Assembly: GCA_030390025.1 (NCBI GenBank)
Contig: CM059432.1
Span: 53,136,001-53,200,000 of the forward strand
DNA: 64,000 nucleotides
Direction of reading: 5' to 3'
Source: Squalus acanthias
Taxonomy: Eukaryota
The notes below the pieces were generated by a model. It saw nothing but the letters and a program-made list of their open reading frames with translations, searched no databases and was not told the DNA's origin. A program made the position numbers and the translations under genes. Of the stretch, positions 62,981 through 64,000 are shown in pieces; positions within the stretch are counted from its first letter, which is position 1; each line of letters begins with the position of its first letter.

Positions 62981-64000
62981 TTATTTTCCAATGAGTATGT
63001 GGCTTCCTTACTCCACTTATCAATATTGAAATTCATTTTCCATTTATACGCCCATTCTGCAAGGTTATTAACATCTTCTTGCATTTTGTTGTAATCTTCT
63101 TCAGTATTAACTATAGCTCCCAATTTGGTGTCCACCACAAATTTTGAAATTGTATTTCTGACTCCCGAGTGCACTCCCAAATTGCTTACATAAATAGTGT
63201 ACAAAAATGGTCCCAGCACTGATCCCTGTGGAACACAACTTTCCACCTTCCACCAGTCTGTGTAAATACCTTTAACCCCTATTCTCTGTTTTCTGTTTTG
63301 TAGCCAGATTGCTAGCCATTCTGCTACTTGTCCCCTTACTCCACATGGTCAGACCTTAGTCATGAGTCTATTATGCGATACCTTATTAAAGGCCTTTTGA
63401 AAATCCAAGTATATTACATCTCCTACATTACCCTTATCTACTCTTTCTGTTACTACCTCAAAGAAATAAATAAGGTTGGTCAAGCATGACCTTCTCTTTT
63501 GGAATCTGTGCTGACTGCTCTTTATTTTATTATTAGTTTCTCTATTATATCTTTGAGTAAAGATTTCTTTATCTTTCCTACCATTGATGTTAAACTAATT
63601 GGTTTATAGTTCCCTGGACTTGTTCGATCTTCCTTTTTAACTATATGAATAGCATTTGCTGTCCGCCAGTCCTCTGGCACTATTCCCTTTTATAATTAAT
63701 TTTTATACATATATATAATAGTGCCTCTGGGATATCTTTGCTTGCTTCTTTTAATGCGCAGATGCAATCCATCTGGACCAAGGGTCTTATCCTCTCTATG
63801 TTTGATTAGATTATCAATTATCTCCCCCATTTCTATCTTAAATATCTTGATATTTTCTTTGATTTCTTCTTCTAATGCCATGCCAACCCTATTAATCGCC
63901 GTGGTAAATATTGAGGCAAAGTAATTATTCAATATTTCTGCCATTTTGCTGTCATTACCTGTGAGTTTCTCATGTGTATCCCTTAGTGGCCCTATCCCTA

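Larger units (their letters stand above)
60550..64000 (-). mobile_element. CR1 LINE, degraded, interrupted at 61289-62980
   Basis: LVRPRLEYCAQFWSP; VPQGSVLGP; KTLGPDG. Removing the insert restores TTTAGACTCTTATTTTCC. Confidence 0.85.

Overview
Eukaryotic, gene-free, transposon-saturated region. It is most likely a cartilaginous fish (shark), inferred from DeuSINE/SacSINE-like SINEs, CR1 LINEs with (ATTCTATG)n-type tails and abundant Harbinger elements. I found no host exon I can support. The centrepiece is a very young Penelope-like element (PLE) insertion at 32183-37327. It has an intact ~892-aa RT + GIY-YIG ORF between tandem pseudo-LTRs, a 1.6-kb inverted partial copy and a 12-bp TSD. Each pLTR carries a minimal type I hammerhead ribozyme (CUGANGA...GAAAGCUU). 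The same family left two tiny ribozyme-only insertions: a 161-bp solo piece and a 220-bp fold-back hairpin. A second, older PLE family with its own hammerhead shows the same architectures. Two full-length, oppositely oriented PIF/Harbinger transposons (transposase plus 3-exon Myb/SANT gene) carry complementary lesions. Around them are many related MITEs, three long (1.5-1.6 kb) solo LTRs, RTE, L2, CR1 and hAT elements. These form multi-level nested insertions whose order can be read from target-site duplications. Boundaries of old, degraded repeats are approximate.
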